Below, in pieces: positions 46,465 to 56,120 of a stretch of DNA of 64,000 nt. Under the pieces are notes generated by a model. That model was not told where the DNA came from. It saw only the letters and a program-made list of their open reading frames with translations, and did not search any database. Origin of the DNA: a bacterium (GTDB taxonomy: Bacteria > Bacteroidota > Ignavibacteria > SZUA-365); contig JAHLLD010000002.1 of NCBI GenBank assembly GCA_020444325.1, forward strand, positions 286,882-350,881, written 5' to 3'. Position 1 is the stretch's first letter; each line of letters opens with the position of its first letter. The position numbers and the translations under genes are program-made.

Positions 46465-47163
46465 CTATTCCTTTTCCGTTGCTGTAAACAGGGGATTTTT
46501 TGCCTGTTTTACAATAAAGTCCTGCAGGTACAGCGGTTCGCAGGTTTCAGGGTCGGCGGATTGTCCCGCCGCTAACATTTCGGTACCGAGCAGGACGATG
46601 TCTTCCGCCGTTGCGCAGGCGACAGATAACACTGTGCCACGGGAGAACCGTTCCGCCAGTGTCTGTGCTGCATCGCCGGCAAGCAACAGCGGTGCTGCAT
46701 GCGGTGCTTTCAGGTCGTCAATTGCGGAGAGGGCCGGGCCCGAAATTCTTGTCCATGCGTCCCCTTCGGACCGGTATGCTGCATGGTACACGCGCTCTCT
46801 GCGCGCGTCGAGTGCGACAAGCAGTTGCGAGTCGTGCTCGACATTCCTCTGGCGACGGACAGCGAAGGCGATCGCGTCCATGGTCGGGACAGCGATGAGC
46901 GGTATCGCAAGCGAGAATGCGAAGCCTTTTGCCATGGCCATACCGATCCGCAGTCCGGTAAACGAACCTGGTCCCGATGCCACAGCGACGGTGGAAAGAT
47001 CAGCGGCCTGCAGCCCGTTTTCCTTCAGCAGTTCCTGTATGACTGGGGCGAGCATTGCGTCGTGCGCATTCGGTATGTCTATCGATTTGCGGGCGACGAT
47101 GCTTCCGGTCTCTGCCAGTGCGACGCCGAGCGTCTGCGCTGCGGTATCGATGCCGAGTATCAA
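46465..47163 (-). CDS. tsaB: tRNA threonylcarbamoyladenosine biosynthesis protein TsaB (YeaZ)
   Basis: 232 aa. MILGIDTAAQTLGVALA ... VAVASGPGSFTGLRIGMAMAKG, typical of YeaZ/TsaB. Confidence 0.85.
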   Translation of the reverse strand: MILGIDTAAQTLGVALAETGSIVARKSIDIPNAHDAMLAPVIQELLKENGLQAADLSTVAVASGPGSFTGLRIGMAMAKGFAFSLAIPLIAVPTMDAIAFAVRRQRNVEHDSQLLVALDARRERVYHAAYRSEGDAWTRISGPALSAIDDLKAPHAAPLLLAGDAAQTLAERFSRGTVLSVACATAEDIVLLGTEMLAAGQSADPETCEPLYLQDFIVKQAKNPLFTATEKE

Positions 47164-47642
47164 GCGGACCTCTGGAACATCTGCTGCGGTGCGCTGAGGA
47201 TGCTCTTGCCCCCATGCTCGAGCCGATGAATGCGGTAGGAGCGATGGGATTCTGAATCGCCGTGGGCTGCCGCAACTTCAAAGCGGGGAAGTGGCAGCAG
47301 GGGCAGCGCACGCTCAGCCCATTCGACGAGAATGATCCCATCTTCAGAGAACAGCGCATCGAGTCCGATTTCCAGCATGTCCTCAACCGCATCAAGGCGA
47401 TAGAGATCGCAATGCCGCACGCTGCGCGATCCGGAGTACTCGTTGACGATGGTGAAGGTAGGACTGCTCACCTGTCCCGCACAATCGAAATAATCACATA
47501 CGCCCTGAATGAACGCAGTCTTTCCCGAGCCGAGATCACCACAGAACGCAACGAGCGCCGACGCCGGCAGGGTCGAAGCGAAACGGCGTCCCAGGGCACG
47601 CGTTTCCTCCACGCTGTATGTCTCATGCACTTCGTCGGACAC
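47160..47642 (-). CDS. tsaE: tRNA threonylcarbamoyladenosine biosynthesis ATPase TsaE (YjeE)
   Basis: 160 aa. Walker A GDLGSGKT, SPTFTIVNEY and HCDLYRL motifs of YjeE. 4-nt overlap with tsaB. Confidence 0.85.
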   Translation of the reverse strand: MSDEVHETYSVEETRALGRRFASTLPASALVAFCGDLGSGKTAFIQGVCDYFDCAGQVSSPTFTIVNEYSGSRSVRHCDLYRLDAVEDMLEIGLDALFSEDGIILVEWAERALPLLPLPRFEVAAAHGDSESHRSYRIHRLEHGGKSILSAPQQMFQRSA

Positions 47643-47645
47643 GGT

Positions 47646-49208
47646 TCAGGCCTTCGCCTTCATGGTGATGACGGGGAGAATGAGTTCTTCTAGCGACATG
47701 CCGCCATGCTGGAAGCTGTCGCGGTAATACGAGAGATATTTGTTGTACTCTGTCGGATAGACGAAGTAATAATCTTCCTTGGCGATGACGTAGTTCACCG
47801 TTACGCCGCGCTTTGGCAGTTTGTACTCTTCAGGATTGCGGATGTACATCGCGTGCTTGGTGTCGGCCTTGACATTCCGCCCGTATTTGTAACGCAGATT
47901 CGTTGAGGTTTCCCTGTCGCCGAGTACCTTGCTCCCGCGCATACAGCGCACACTGCCATGATCCGTTGTCACGACGATGGTCGCGTTGGGCGTCTTCGCG
48001 ATCTGCTGGAACATGTTGTAGAGCGACGAATGCGTGAACCAGGTGTTGGTAAGGGAGCGGTAGGCCGATTCGTCCGGCGCAATCTCTTTCAGGATGGGGT
48101 AATCGGAACGTGAATGCGCCAGCATGTCAACAAAATTCACGACGATTGCAGTGAGGTGGTTTTTCACGAACGACGCGATGTTGCCCACCATCTGCTTCCC
48201 GAACTCGGGATCGATGATTTTGATGTATTTCAGGTCATTGCGCAGTTTGATGCGGCGGCGCTCGAGAAGCTTCTCGAGGAATTCCTTCTCGTACTTGTTC
48301 ATTGAATAATCATCGTCATCCTTCGAGGCCCAGAGATCCGGGAACACCCGTTCAATTTCGGAAGGATAGTACCCGCTGAAAATCGCATTGCGCGCGTACG
48401 GTGTCGCCGTCGGAAGAATTCCCATGTAGAATTCTTTCTCGATAGTGTAAAGATCGCGCAGGTGTTGTTCCATGATCAGCCACTGGTCGTAACGCATGCA
48501 GTCGATTACGAAGAAGAACACCGGCCCCTTGCTTTCGAGATGCGGGAGAAGAAAGCGATCCACTACCTGGGGTGAGAGGGTGACATCGTCGTCCTCAAGC
48601 CAGTCGCGGTAATGACGCTCGACGAACTTGCAGAATTCCTGGTTGCATTCCTTCCGCTGATCCGCCATGGTCTGCTGCAATCCCAGACGCGGATGCTGAT
48701 CGAGTTCGATTTCCCATTCCACAAGTTTCTTGTAAATCTCCATCCACTCTTCAAGGTCGAGCGGACCCTGCAGTTTCATTGACACATCGTTGAACTCGCG
48801 GATGTAATACTGTGCCGTGCGGTCGCCAACGATACGTTTCCCCTGCAGCACTTTTTTGGCGACGAGCAGAATCTGACTTGGATTCACCGGTTTTGTGAGG
48901 TAATCGCTGATCTGCTCGCCGATGGCCTCTTCCATCAGCGCCTCTTCCTCGTTTTTCGTCACCATGACGACGGGGATATCCGGTTGCATGGCTTTGAGCT
49001 CCGACAGCGTTTCGAGTCCGCCCATGCCGGGCATCGATTCGTCGAGCAGAATCAGGTCAACCGGCTCATTCCGGACAAAATCCAGCGCGTCCTCACCGTT
49101 GGTAACGGTACTCAGACGGTAGCCACGCTGTTCGAGGTGAAGGATATGAGGCCGGAGAAGTTCCACTTCATCGTCGACCCAGAGAATATGTCCCTTGTCT
49201 TCCGCCAT
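47646..49208 (-). CDS. porX: PorX-family response regulator (CheY-like receiver domain fused to a PglZ alkaline-phosphatase-superfamily domain)
   Basis: 520 aa. Receiver domain (ILWVDDE...DLILLDESMPGMGGLE...TKP) plus PglZ-type motifs (VIDCMRYDQW, TTDHGS). Same architecture as Porphyromonas gingivalis PorX, which regulates T9SS. Ends 3 nt before tsaE. Confidence 0.8.
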   Translation of the reverse strand: MAEDKGHILWVDDEVELLRPHILHLEQRGYRLSTVTNGEDALDFVRNEPVDLILLDESMPGMGGLETLSELKAMQPDIPVVMVTKNEEEALMEEAIGEQISDYLTKPVNPSQILLVAKKVLQGKRIVGDRTAQYYIREFNDVSMKLQGPLDLEEWMEIYKKLVEWEIELDQHPRLGLQQTMADQRKECNQEFCKFVERHYRDWLEDDDVTLSPQVVDRFLLPHLESKGPVFFFVIDCMRYDQWLIMEQHLRDLYTIEKEFYMGILPTATPYARNAIFSGYYPSEIERVFPDLWASKDDDDYSMNKYEKEFLEKLLERRRIKLRNDLKYIKIIDPEFGKQMVGNIASFVKNHLTAIVVNFVDMLAHSRSDYPILKEIAPDESAYRSLTNTWFTHSSLYNMFQQIAKTPNATIVVTTDHGSVRCMRGSKVLGDRETSTNLRYKYGRNVKADTKHAMYIRNPEEYKLPKRGVTVNYVIAKEDYYFVYPTEYNKYLSYYRDSFQHGGMSLEELILPVITMKAKA

Positions 49209-49414
49209 TATGCGTCCTTGATGCTAAGGTGTGTGGAAGCGATACAAACATGAAAGCTACAAAAGATCACAGGGGTAAACAAGGTACGGGAACGCCTCCG
49301 CGGAGGGGGGCATGCTGCGGAATCCGGGTGGGTTGCGCAGGGCGTCCTCAAGGCTGTATTGCCGATTGTGAGGCACTTTGTTGTGTTTGAGGGAGTATTG
49401 AGATAGATTCGGAC

Positions 49415-50461
49415 ATGGTTGCGTTACTCCTGATCAGTGTTGGTATCCTTGCCCTGTCTTTCCTTGCTTCGAGCATGGAAGCGGCCTTGTTTTCCGTCAC
49501 TGCCATACAGATAGAGCAGATGGTGGAGAAGGGGGAGCGCGGGGCGCTCCGGTTGCGCGCGAACAAGGAGAATATTCGGGACAGCATCGTTGCCATCGTG
49601 ATTCTCAACAACCTGAGCAATATTGCGGGCTCCATCATCGTGGGAGCGCTCGCCGTGGACGTGTTCGGGGACCTTTGGGTAGGCGTGTTTTCTGCGATCC
49701 TGACATTTGTCATCATCCTCCTTGGCGAGGTGGTACCGAAAACCATTGGTGAGCGCAACGCCGCCAGCTATGCCCGCCACACGGCCGTGATCGTCACCGT
49801 CCTGCGCATTCTTTTCTATCCGTTCGTTCTCATCATCAATCTCATGACACGCCCCGTCGGGGGATCCGAGGATGCCTCACGGCAGCTGAGCGAGGACGAG
49901 ATTACCGTGCTGGCACGCCTCAGCCATCGCGACGGCAACATTCTCGACATGGAGAACAAGCTGATCAGGCACGTCTTCCAGCTCGATGACATCATGGCCC
50001 GGGATATCATGACACCGCGCACAGTGGTCTTCGCATTGCGTGCGGATGAGACGTTGGATGAAGTCCGGCACGAACTGTTCAAAGCCTCCGTCAGCCGTAT
50101 ACCGATCTTCGGGGAGGATATGGACGATATCCTTGGACTCGCGCATATCAGGGACCTCCTTGCGGCACTTGCGAAAGGGAAAGGGCAGCGGCGGATGTCC
50201 GAATTCGCGGTGGAAGTCCACTATGTGCCCGATACCGCCCGGCTTAATGTCATACTCAGCGATTTCCTGAAAAACCGTGAGCATCTTGCCATCGTGGTCG
50301 ACGAGCATGGCGGGATGGCGGGGGTGATTACGCTGGAGGATATTCTTGAACAGCTCGTCGGAGAAATCGTCGACGAACACGACAGGGACGTGGATTTGCG
50401 AGTGCGCGCACGCATGTTGCAGGAACGGCGCGGCAGGGGGAAGGACGAATTTGCATCCTGA
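49415..50461 (+). CDS. CNNM/DUF21 transmembrane domain + CBS-pair protein (hemolysin/CorC-family divalent-cation transport-associated)
   Basis: 348 aa. 4 TM DUF21 domain, then two CBS motifs (IMTPRTVVFAL ... DEHGGMAGVITLEDILE). Confidence 0.85.
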   Translation: MVALLLISVGILALSFLASSMEAALFSVTAIQIEQMVEKGERGALRLRANKENIRDSIVAIVILNNLSNIAGSIIVGALAVDVFGDLWVGVFSAILTFVIILLGEVVPKTIGERNAASYARHTAVIVTVLRILFYPFVLIINLMTRPVGGSEDASRQLSEDEITVLARLSHRDGNILDMENKLIRHVFQLDDIMARDIMTPRTVVFALRADETLDEVRHELFKASVSRIPIFGEDMDDILGLAHIRDLLAALAKGKGQRRMSEFAVEVHYVPDTARLNVILSDFLKNREHLAIVVDEHGGMAGVITLEDILEQLVGEIVDEHDRDVDLRVRARMLQERRGRGKDEFAS

Positions 50462-50497
50462 TCGCCACATCCGCTGCGGATGCGGGATGCATGAAAA

Positions 50498-51631
50498 TTA
50501 CGGGGCGAAACGGTAGGCGATTCCACCACTGAAAATGAGATGCTTGGCAATTCCCGTGCTCGCGAAGAGCTGCATCGGACCAAGATGCCCGGTCACACCG
50601 ATCGTGGCCTTGACCGCGTCGTCGCTCAGGGAAACCGGCACGGTCTGCGGATCAATATCGTAGCCGATTTCATCCTTGATGTTCTGCGGAAGGGTGAAGG
50701 TATAGCTGCCTTCGGAATTCAATGTCTCATAGCTGATGCCCACATAGGGCTCGAGCCAGTGGAAAAAGCGCCGGCTTGCATGCAGGTTGACCGCAAAAAG
50801 GTCGGTGTCGGCCTCGAGCTTGGCCTTGGTGATGCCGACTTCATTGGTAATGGAGCTTGTCTGAAATGCGACCTGAACCGCCGCATTGAAGGGGGGATTC
50901 TCAATCCAGTTGGTAAACGCGTGTTTGACGGCGACACCGAAGAAGCTGAATTTTCCGACGTTCTCATCGAAAACGACAGGCGGAACGTAGCGCAGAAGCA
51001 GTTCAGTGCTGTAGTAGGAGCCGATGGTAAGCTGCGGCACGGCGGCAAGGACGAAATCCTGGTTCGTACCGTCCGTAAGAGGGAGCTGGCTCGGCAGTCC
51101 CGCCAGTGTGGCACTGTCGATGCCGGCAACGTTCTCGAGCAGATATTCCTTCGGCACATTGAAACCGGCACCCTTTCCTCCGAAGACGGTGGCTGTTTCC
51201 ACCTCGGGCTGCAGCTCACCCGCCGCGACAGCACCGCGCAGCTGTGTTTTGAAATAGTTCAACTGCAGGACACGCTGCCATTCTTCGGAAAGGATTGGAT
51301 AGGGATTCTCGGCATTCTCAAGCGGAAGCCGTCCGATGAAGGTGCGCTCCTCGTCGATCACAGTTGCGTACATACTTCTGACGGAAATGTCGAAGTAGAA
51401 CACGTTTTCCTTCGGCACATAGGCGCTGTTGTAAAACGCATCGTTCGCGCCGACGTTGGACACGATGACGAGCGGACTCATGAAGCCCTTGGCATTGGCC
51501 TCGAAAAGTTCACGGGAATAGTCCTCGAGCAGTGCCTTGGTATCGATTTCCACCTGTGCGCTCGCACTGGCGGTAAACATGAGGAGCAGGATGGGGAGTG
51601 CGAGGCTCCGAAGCATGATGCGTCCTTTCAT
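50498..51631 (-). CDS. secreted/outer-membrane protein of unknown function (paralog A)
   Basis: 377 aa. Signal peptide MLRSLALPILLLMFTASASAQ. Beta-rich. Shares motifs with the adjacent gene (ATVFGGKGAG vs ATVVGNKGAV; GKFSFFGVAVKHAFT vs GKVSFYGAALKHELT). Confidence 0.5.
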   Translation of the reverse strand: MKGRIMLRSLALPILLLMFTASASAQVEIDTKALLEDYSRELFEANAKGFMSPLVIVSNVGANDAFYNSAYVPKENVFYFDISVRSMYATVIDEERTFIGRLPLENAENPYPILSEEWQRVLQLNYFKTQLRGAVAAGELQPEVETATVFGGKGAGFNVPKEYLLENVAGIDSATLAGLPSQLPLTDGTNQDFVLAAVPQLTIGSYYSTELLLRYVPPVVFDENVGKFSFFGVAVKHAFTNWIENPPFNAAVQVAFQTSSITNEVGITKAKLEADTDLFAVNLHASRRFFHWLEPYVGISYETLNSEGSYTFTLPQNIKDEIGYDIDPQTVPVSLSDDAVKATIGVTGHLGPMQLFASTGIAKHLIFSGGIAYRFAP

Positions 51632-52557
51632 AAGGAGAGTCCTATTCCGATTGAGAGGTTGTCCATTTCGCCCAAACTATAACCGGCAGTGATATCAAGC
51701 AATGGGAGCAGCGTAATTGCTCCACCGAAACTGAAACGCAGATTCCGTCTGCGGAATTCCAGCGTGATGTCCTCGGGCTGCTGTCCCGTCTGCACGGGAG
51801 TGTACGTGTAACTCACATCGATGGCGTATGCTTCGTACCCGAGTCCGGCGAACAGCGTGATCGCAGCGAAGTCCCTGCTGACCAGCAGCATGCCGTTCAG
51901 GCTGTTTCCCTGTACCGCGTCTCCGATTTCAAATTGCTGGTAGCCGGCCAGAACGGCAACCTGGACGGGCGAGTCATACCAGTGGGTCAGTTCATGTTTC
52001 AGCGCGGCACCGTAAAACGATACTTTCCCGATTTCCGTGTCGAAGGTAGCGGGCGGCAGGCCGCGGAGTATGATATCGGTACCGAGAACGGGACCGAAGC
52101 TGACCTGCGGAAGCAGAAGTGCTGTCTGTCGCAGCCCGGTCCCATCCGGGAGCACGATGTCCGGTGCCGAAGACTGATTGGATTGCAGTACCGCCCCCTT
52201 GTTGCCGACGACGGTGGCGGTTGTCACATGATCGGGATAGCCTGCCGAAACCAGCGCCTCCGGCAACACGCCAACGAAGGTCTGCTGCTGCTCGGGAATA
52301 AACGTGAAGATCGCTTTTGCACCGGCCCAGATGTGAAAGGCCGTATCGACGCGTGCGGTATGCGCATACCCACTGTTGATGGTGTAGCCGATGGCATCGA
52401 CACCGGGACGCAGGTAGTCGCGCGCAAGTTCCTCGACGCCCAGTTGCTCGACGAGGTCACTCAGTGACTGCGCACGCAGCGTGACGGCAGATGGGAATAA
52501 AAATGCGGCGGTCAAAAATAGCGCCGCCGCAACAGTGTTCATTCTGCGAATATGCAT
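51628..52557 (-). CDS. secreted/outer-membrane protein of unknown function (paralog B)
   Basis: 309 aa. Signal peptide. Paralogous to 50498-51631, in tandem with a 4-nt overlap. Confidence 0.5.
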   Translation of the reverse strand: MHIRRMNTVAAALFLTAAFLFPSAVTLRAQSLSDLVEQLGVEELARDYLRPGVDAIGYTINSGYAHTARVDTAFHIWAGAKAIFTFIPEQQQTFVGVLPEALVSAGYPDHVTTATVVGNKGAVLQSNQSSAPDIVLPDGTGLRQTALLLPQVSFGPVLGTDIILRGLPPATFDTEIGKVSFYGAALKHELTHWYDSPVQVAVLAGYQQFEIGDAVQGNSLNGMLLVSRDFAAITLFAGLGYEAYAIDVSYTYTPVQTGQQPEDITLEFRRRNLRFSFGGAITLLPLLDITAGYSLGEMDNLSIGIGLSL

Positions 52558-52565
52558 ATCAGGTC

Positions 52566-53120
52566 TTACACACGATGTTCGACAGCCGTGATGATCTGCC
52601 CGGTGATGTCCGTGATATCGCCCACACCCTGAATGTCGACGAGCAGACCTTTTCCGCGGTAATACTCCGCGAGCGGCTCTGTTGTTTCATGGTAGATATG
52701 GAGGCGGTGGCGAATGGTGTCAAGCGAATCGTCGGAGCGACCGCGCTTTCCGAGACGCTCAAGCAGTTCCTCTTCCGGAACAATCATGTTCAGCACCGCA
52801 TCGAGGGTTGCTCCGTCAGGAAGGAAGGAGTCGAGTGCCTCCGCCTGTGCCGGAGTGCGTGGATAGCCGTCGAGCAGAAACCCTGCCGCTGTATCCGGCT
52901 TCTCGAGCCGCTCCTTGACCATCGCATTCGTCACGCTGTCAGGAACAAGGTCGCCTGCCTCGGAGTAGCGCTTGGCTTCGATGCCGAGTGGCGTTCCGTT
53001 GCGGATGTTTTCCCGGAAAATATCTCCGGTCGAGATGTGCGGAATGTTGAAATGCGTGGAAATGAACTGCGCCTGTGTTCCTTTGCCGGCCCCGGGAGGG
53101 CCGAAAATCAGAAGCCGCAT
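52566..53120 (-). CDS. adk: adenylate kinase (short lid type)
   Basis: 184 aa. P-loop GPPGAGKGTQA. NMP-binding and short LID segments. Confidence 0.92.
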   Translation of the reverse strand: MRLLIFGPPGAGKGTQAQFISTHFNIPHISTGDIFRENIRNGTPLGIEAKRYSEAGDLVPDSVTNAMVKERLEKPDTAAGFLLDGYPRTPAQAEALDSFLPDGATLDAVLNMIVPEEELLERLGKRGRSDDSLDTIRHRLHIYHETTEPLAEYYRGKGLLVDIQGVGDITDITGQIITAVEHRV

Positions 53121-53209
53121 GTAGTCCTCGAGATTGGAAGGGATACTGGATGTAAGTTCTGTCTAGCGAACGGATAAAATAAAGTAAGGATTTTCCTTAC
53201 GTGAACAAA

Positions 53210-54328
53210 TCAGAGGTTCTCCGTCTGTTTTGTCGTATGCCTGACGGCCAGCTGGCCGCAGGCTGCGTCGATGTCTTTTCCCGAACTCGAACGCAGCATG
53301 ACGGTTACATCCTCCTTGCGCAGTGCAGCGGCGAAACGCTCGATGTGTTCACGGGATGGTGACGCAAGCGTGAGCGGCATGCCGTCGGGATACGCTGTGC
53401 TGATCTGATGAAAGGGGATGATGTTGACCTTGCTCGGCACGCGGCGTGTGAGCTTGACCAGTCGCCTGACATCCTCGGGACCGTCATTGAGTCCGTCAAA
53501 GAGTATGTACTCGTACGTAATGCGCCTTCGCGTTTTCCGGTAATAATATTCTGCTGCGTCGAGCAGTTCGGAGAGAGGGAATTTTTTGTTGATGGGCATC
53601 AACCGGAGACGCAGTTCATCCGTCGTCGCATGCAGTGAAATGGCCAGCTTGATTTTCCGATTCTCATCGGCCAGCTGTCTGATGCGATCCGCGAGTCCGG
53701 CTGTCGACAATGTCATATGACTTGTCGCGATACCTTCGGTTTTCTCATGCGTCATGATTTCAACGCTGTGCATGACGTGATCGTAGTTCAGCATGGGCTC
53801 GCCCATACCCATGAACACCAGGTTGGTGATGCGCCGTGCGGAATGCTTCTGCACGGCGAGATACTGCCCGAAGATCTCGCCGGGGTGGAGGTTGCGCTTG
53901 AGTTTCATCGAAGCTGTGGCGCAGAACTTGCAGTCGAGCGGACACCCCACCTGCGTCGACACACAGATGGTGAGGCGCCTGGGTTCCCCTTCATCCTCAC
54001 TCTCGGAGGGAATCAGCACGGTTTCGACATTCCTGCCGTCGTCGAGCGCGAAGAGAAACTTCCGGGTTCCGTCTTCGCTCTGCTGTTCGCGGACGAGCGT
54101 CGGATGTGCGATACGGTAGTTTTGCTCGAGTTCGCTGCGCAGGGCCTTCGGCATGTTGCCGCATGCGCTGAAAGTTTCGACGCCCCGGTTATAGAGCCAG
54201 TAGAACAGCTGCTCGGCACGAAAGCGCGGCTGACCGGCAGACGTCATCTCTTCTTCGAGCTGGCGGAGGGTGAGGCCGAAAATATTTTTTTTCTGTGACT
54301 GCATGGGAGATATGTGTGCTTCTGTCAT
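53210..54328 (-). CDS. rlmN: 23S rRNA (adenine2503-C2)-methyltransferase / dual-specificity RNA methyltransferase RlmN (radical SAM)
   Basis: About 372 aa from MTEAHISPMQSQKK. Radical-SAM CPLDCKFCAT; RlmN motifs (FRAEQLFYWLY, NLVFMGMGEPMLNY, conserved C-terminal Cys region). The ORF track start at 54628 is probably too far upstream; an alternative start is at 54301. Confidence 0.85.
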   Translation of the reverse strand: MTEAHISPMQSQKKNIFGLTLRQLEEEMTSAGQPRFRAEQLFYWLYNRGVETFSACGNMPKALRSELEQNYRIAHPTLVREQQSEDGTRKFLFALDDGRNVETVLIPSESEDEGEPRRLTICVSTQVGCPLDCKFCATASMKLKRNLHPGEIFGQYLAVQKHSARRITNLVFMGMGEPMLNYDHVMHSVEIMTHEKTEGIATSHMTLSTAGLADRIRQLADENRKIKLAISLHATTDELRLRLMPINKKFPLSELLDAAEYYYRKTRRRITYEYILFDGLNDGPEDVRRLVKLTRRVPSKVNIIPFHQISTAYPDGMPLTLASPSREHIERFAAALRKEDVTVMLRSSSGKDIDAACGQLAVRHTTKQTENL

Positions 54329-54453
54329 AGCAACATAGGGATTTTCCCGGCATTGCTGAAGTGCGGGAATCCGGTGCCAGGGGGAACGAATCGCTGACTT
54401 GTTCAGCGCAGTCGGTGGTCGTATTTTATTCGATTGGCTGATTTCTCCAGTGA

Positions 54454-55380
54454 ATGAGGATTTCGTCCGTGTCCCGTCTGCCTTCCCTGCGTGTGCTCTG
54501 TCTCTCCGCTTTTGTTTTCCTCTTTCTGTTCCGCCCAGTGGCGGCGCAGCAGGACAGTGTTTATACCCCGGTTCCGTTTGAGGGATACGATCCTCATGAA
54601 ACACACTGGCAGTGGGAGAATCTCGCAATCGTCGGGGGGGTGCTGGGCGCGACGGTGACAGGGATTCATATCTATCAGCAGAATGCGTGGTGGCAGGGAC
54701 AACGTGGGCCGTTTCATTTTGTCAACGATCCGGATTACGCCTTGAACGTTGACAAGGCGGGACATTTTTATGGCGGGGCATTCGGGTCGTGGCTGGGACA
54801 GAAGTCAATGGTCTGGTCGGGCGCCTCGCAGGAAACCGCTGTCTGGGGCGGCTTTGCACTTGGCTCGCTCTTTGAACTGTATGTGGAATTTGAAGACGGC
54901 TTTGCCACGGGTTGGGGATTCAGTCCGGGTGACGCCTACGCCGATGTTGCCGGTGCCGCCTGGCCTGTGCTGCAGCACTACGTGCCGTATCTCTCGAGTT
55001 TCCAGCCAAAGTTCACCTACTGGCCGTCCGATGCCTTCATCAATGGGACGCACAAGGGGAACGCCATCGATGACTACGAGGGACAGACGTACTGGATGGG
55101 TATCCACATGTATGAGCTGCTGCCTCCTTCCTGGCAGGATTACTGGCCGTCGTGGCTGGGAATTGCAGTTGGAATCTCCATTCGCAACATGCATACGGAG
55201 CAGGGGTATGAGAACCTGCAGCGTAATGTCATCATCGCGCTTGATTATGACATGCGCGAGATCATCCCCGGAGATTCCTGGCTGCTGCACACATTGAAGG
55301 AGGCGTTGAATTTTATTCATTTTCCCTCGCCCGCAATACGCATCTCACCCAATTACATCGCTTACGGTATTTATTTCTAA
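54454..55380 (+). CDS. DUF2279-like secreted protein
   Basis: 308 aa. Signal peptide. DKAGHFYGGAFGSW motif reminiscent of the DUF2279 family. Trp/Tyr-rich. Confidence 0.45.
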   Translation: MRISSVSRLPSLRVLCLSAFVFLFLFRPVAAQQDSVYTPVPFEGYDPHETHWQWENLAIVGGVLGATVTGIHIYQQNAWWQGQRGPFHFVNDPDYALNVDKAGHFYGGAFGSWLGQKSMVWSGASQETAVWGGFALGSLFELYVEFEDGFATGWGFSPGDAYADVAGAAWPVLQHYVPYLSSFQPKFTYWPSDAFINGTHKGNAIDDYEGQTYWMGIHMYELLPPSWQDYWPSWLGIAVGISIRNMHTEQGYENLQRNVIIALDYDMREIIPGDSWLLHTLKEALNFIHFPSPAIRISPNYIAYGIYF

Positions 55381-55397
55381 ACCAGCCGCTGCACTAC

Positions 55398-56120
55398 GTG
55401 ATTTCAATAATCATCCCGACGCTTGACGAAGAAAAACTGCTGCCGCAGATTCTTGCGCAGTTCCCCGCAGAACTGTGCCGCGCACATGATGTGGAAATCA
55501 TCATCAGTGACGGGGGCAGCAAGGATGCGAGCACACAGATCGCGCGGGAGCATGGAGCCGTCGTCGTTGAGCATGAGGGCGATCACCGGCAGACCATTGC
55601 CGAAGGAAGGAATCGCGGTGCGGAGGTTGCCCGGGGCGACATCCTCGTTTTCATCAACGCCGACATCCGTATCAGTGATGTGTCCTCCTTTTTCCGGGAT
55701 ATCGAAAGCTGTCTGCAGCGTGATACTGTCAGCGGTGTCACGGCAGTGGTGAGGGTGTTTCCCGAAGAGGAGATCCTCTCGGACCGCATGTTCCATTTCT
55801 GGCACAATCATTACGTGCGCTTTCTCAACGCCATCGGCGAGGGAATGGGGAGGGGAGAATGCCAGGTGCTGCGCAGGGAAATGTTCCGAAGCATCGGCGG
55901 CTATAACGCCTCGATGGTCGCGGGCGAGGATTACGACCTGTTTCGCCGTGTGCGGAAAAAAGGGAAAGTCGTCATGATGCCGCATACGGTGATCTATGAA
56001 TCCCCCAGGCGCTTCCGTAAGTATGGTTACCTGCACATTTTGTGGGGCTGGACGAGAAATGCGCTGGCGGTGATTTTCCGGAATAAGTCCTCAAGTGAGG
56101 AATGGGAAGCAGTGCGCTGA
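55398..56120 (+). CDS. family 2 glycosyltransferase
   Basis: 240 aa. GT2 fold motifs (IIIPTLDEE, DGGSKD, FINAD, acidic ED motif). Confidence 0.8.
   Translation: MISIIIPTLDEEKLLPQILAQFPAELCRAHDVEIIISDGGSKDASTQIAREHGAVVVEHEGDHRQTIAEGRNRGAEVARGDILVFINADIRISDVSSFFRDIESCLQRDTVSGVTAVVRVFPEEEILSDRMFHFWHNHYVRFLNAIGEGMGRGECQVLRREMFRSIGGYNASMVAGEDYDLFRRVRKKGKVVMMPHTVIYESPRRFRKYGYLHILWGWTRNALAVIFRNKSSSEEWEAVR

Noticed and set aside
50462-50497. Short palindromes (CATCCGC/GCGGATG) between the CNNM gene and the paralog-A gene
   Set aside because: The stem is interrupted, the loop is too tight and there is no T-run. Not convincing as a terminator.
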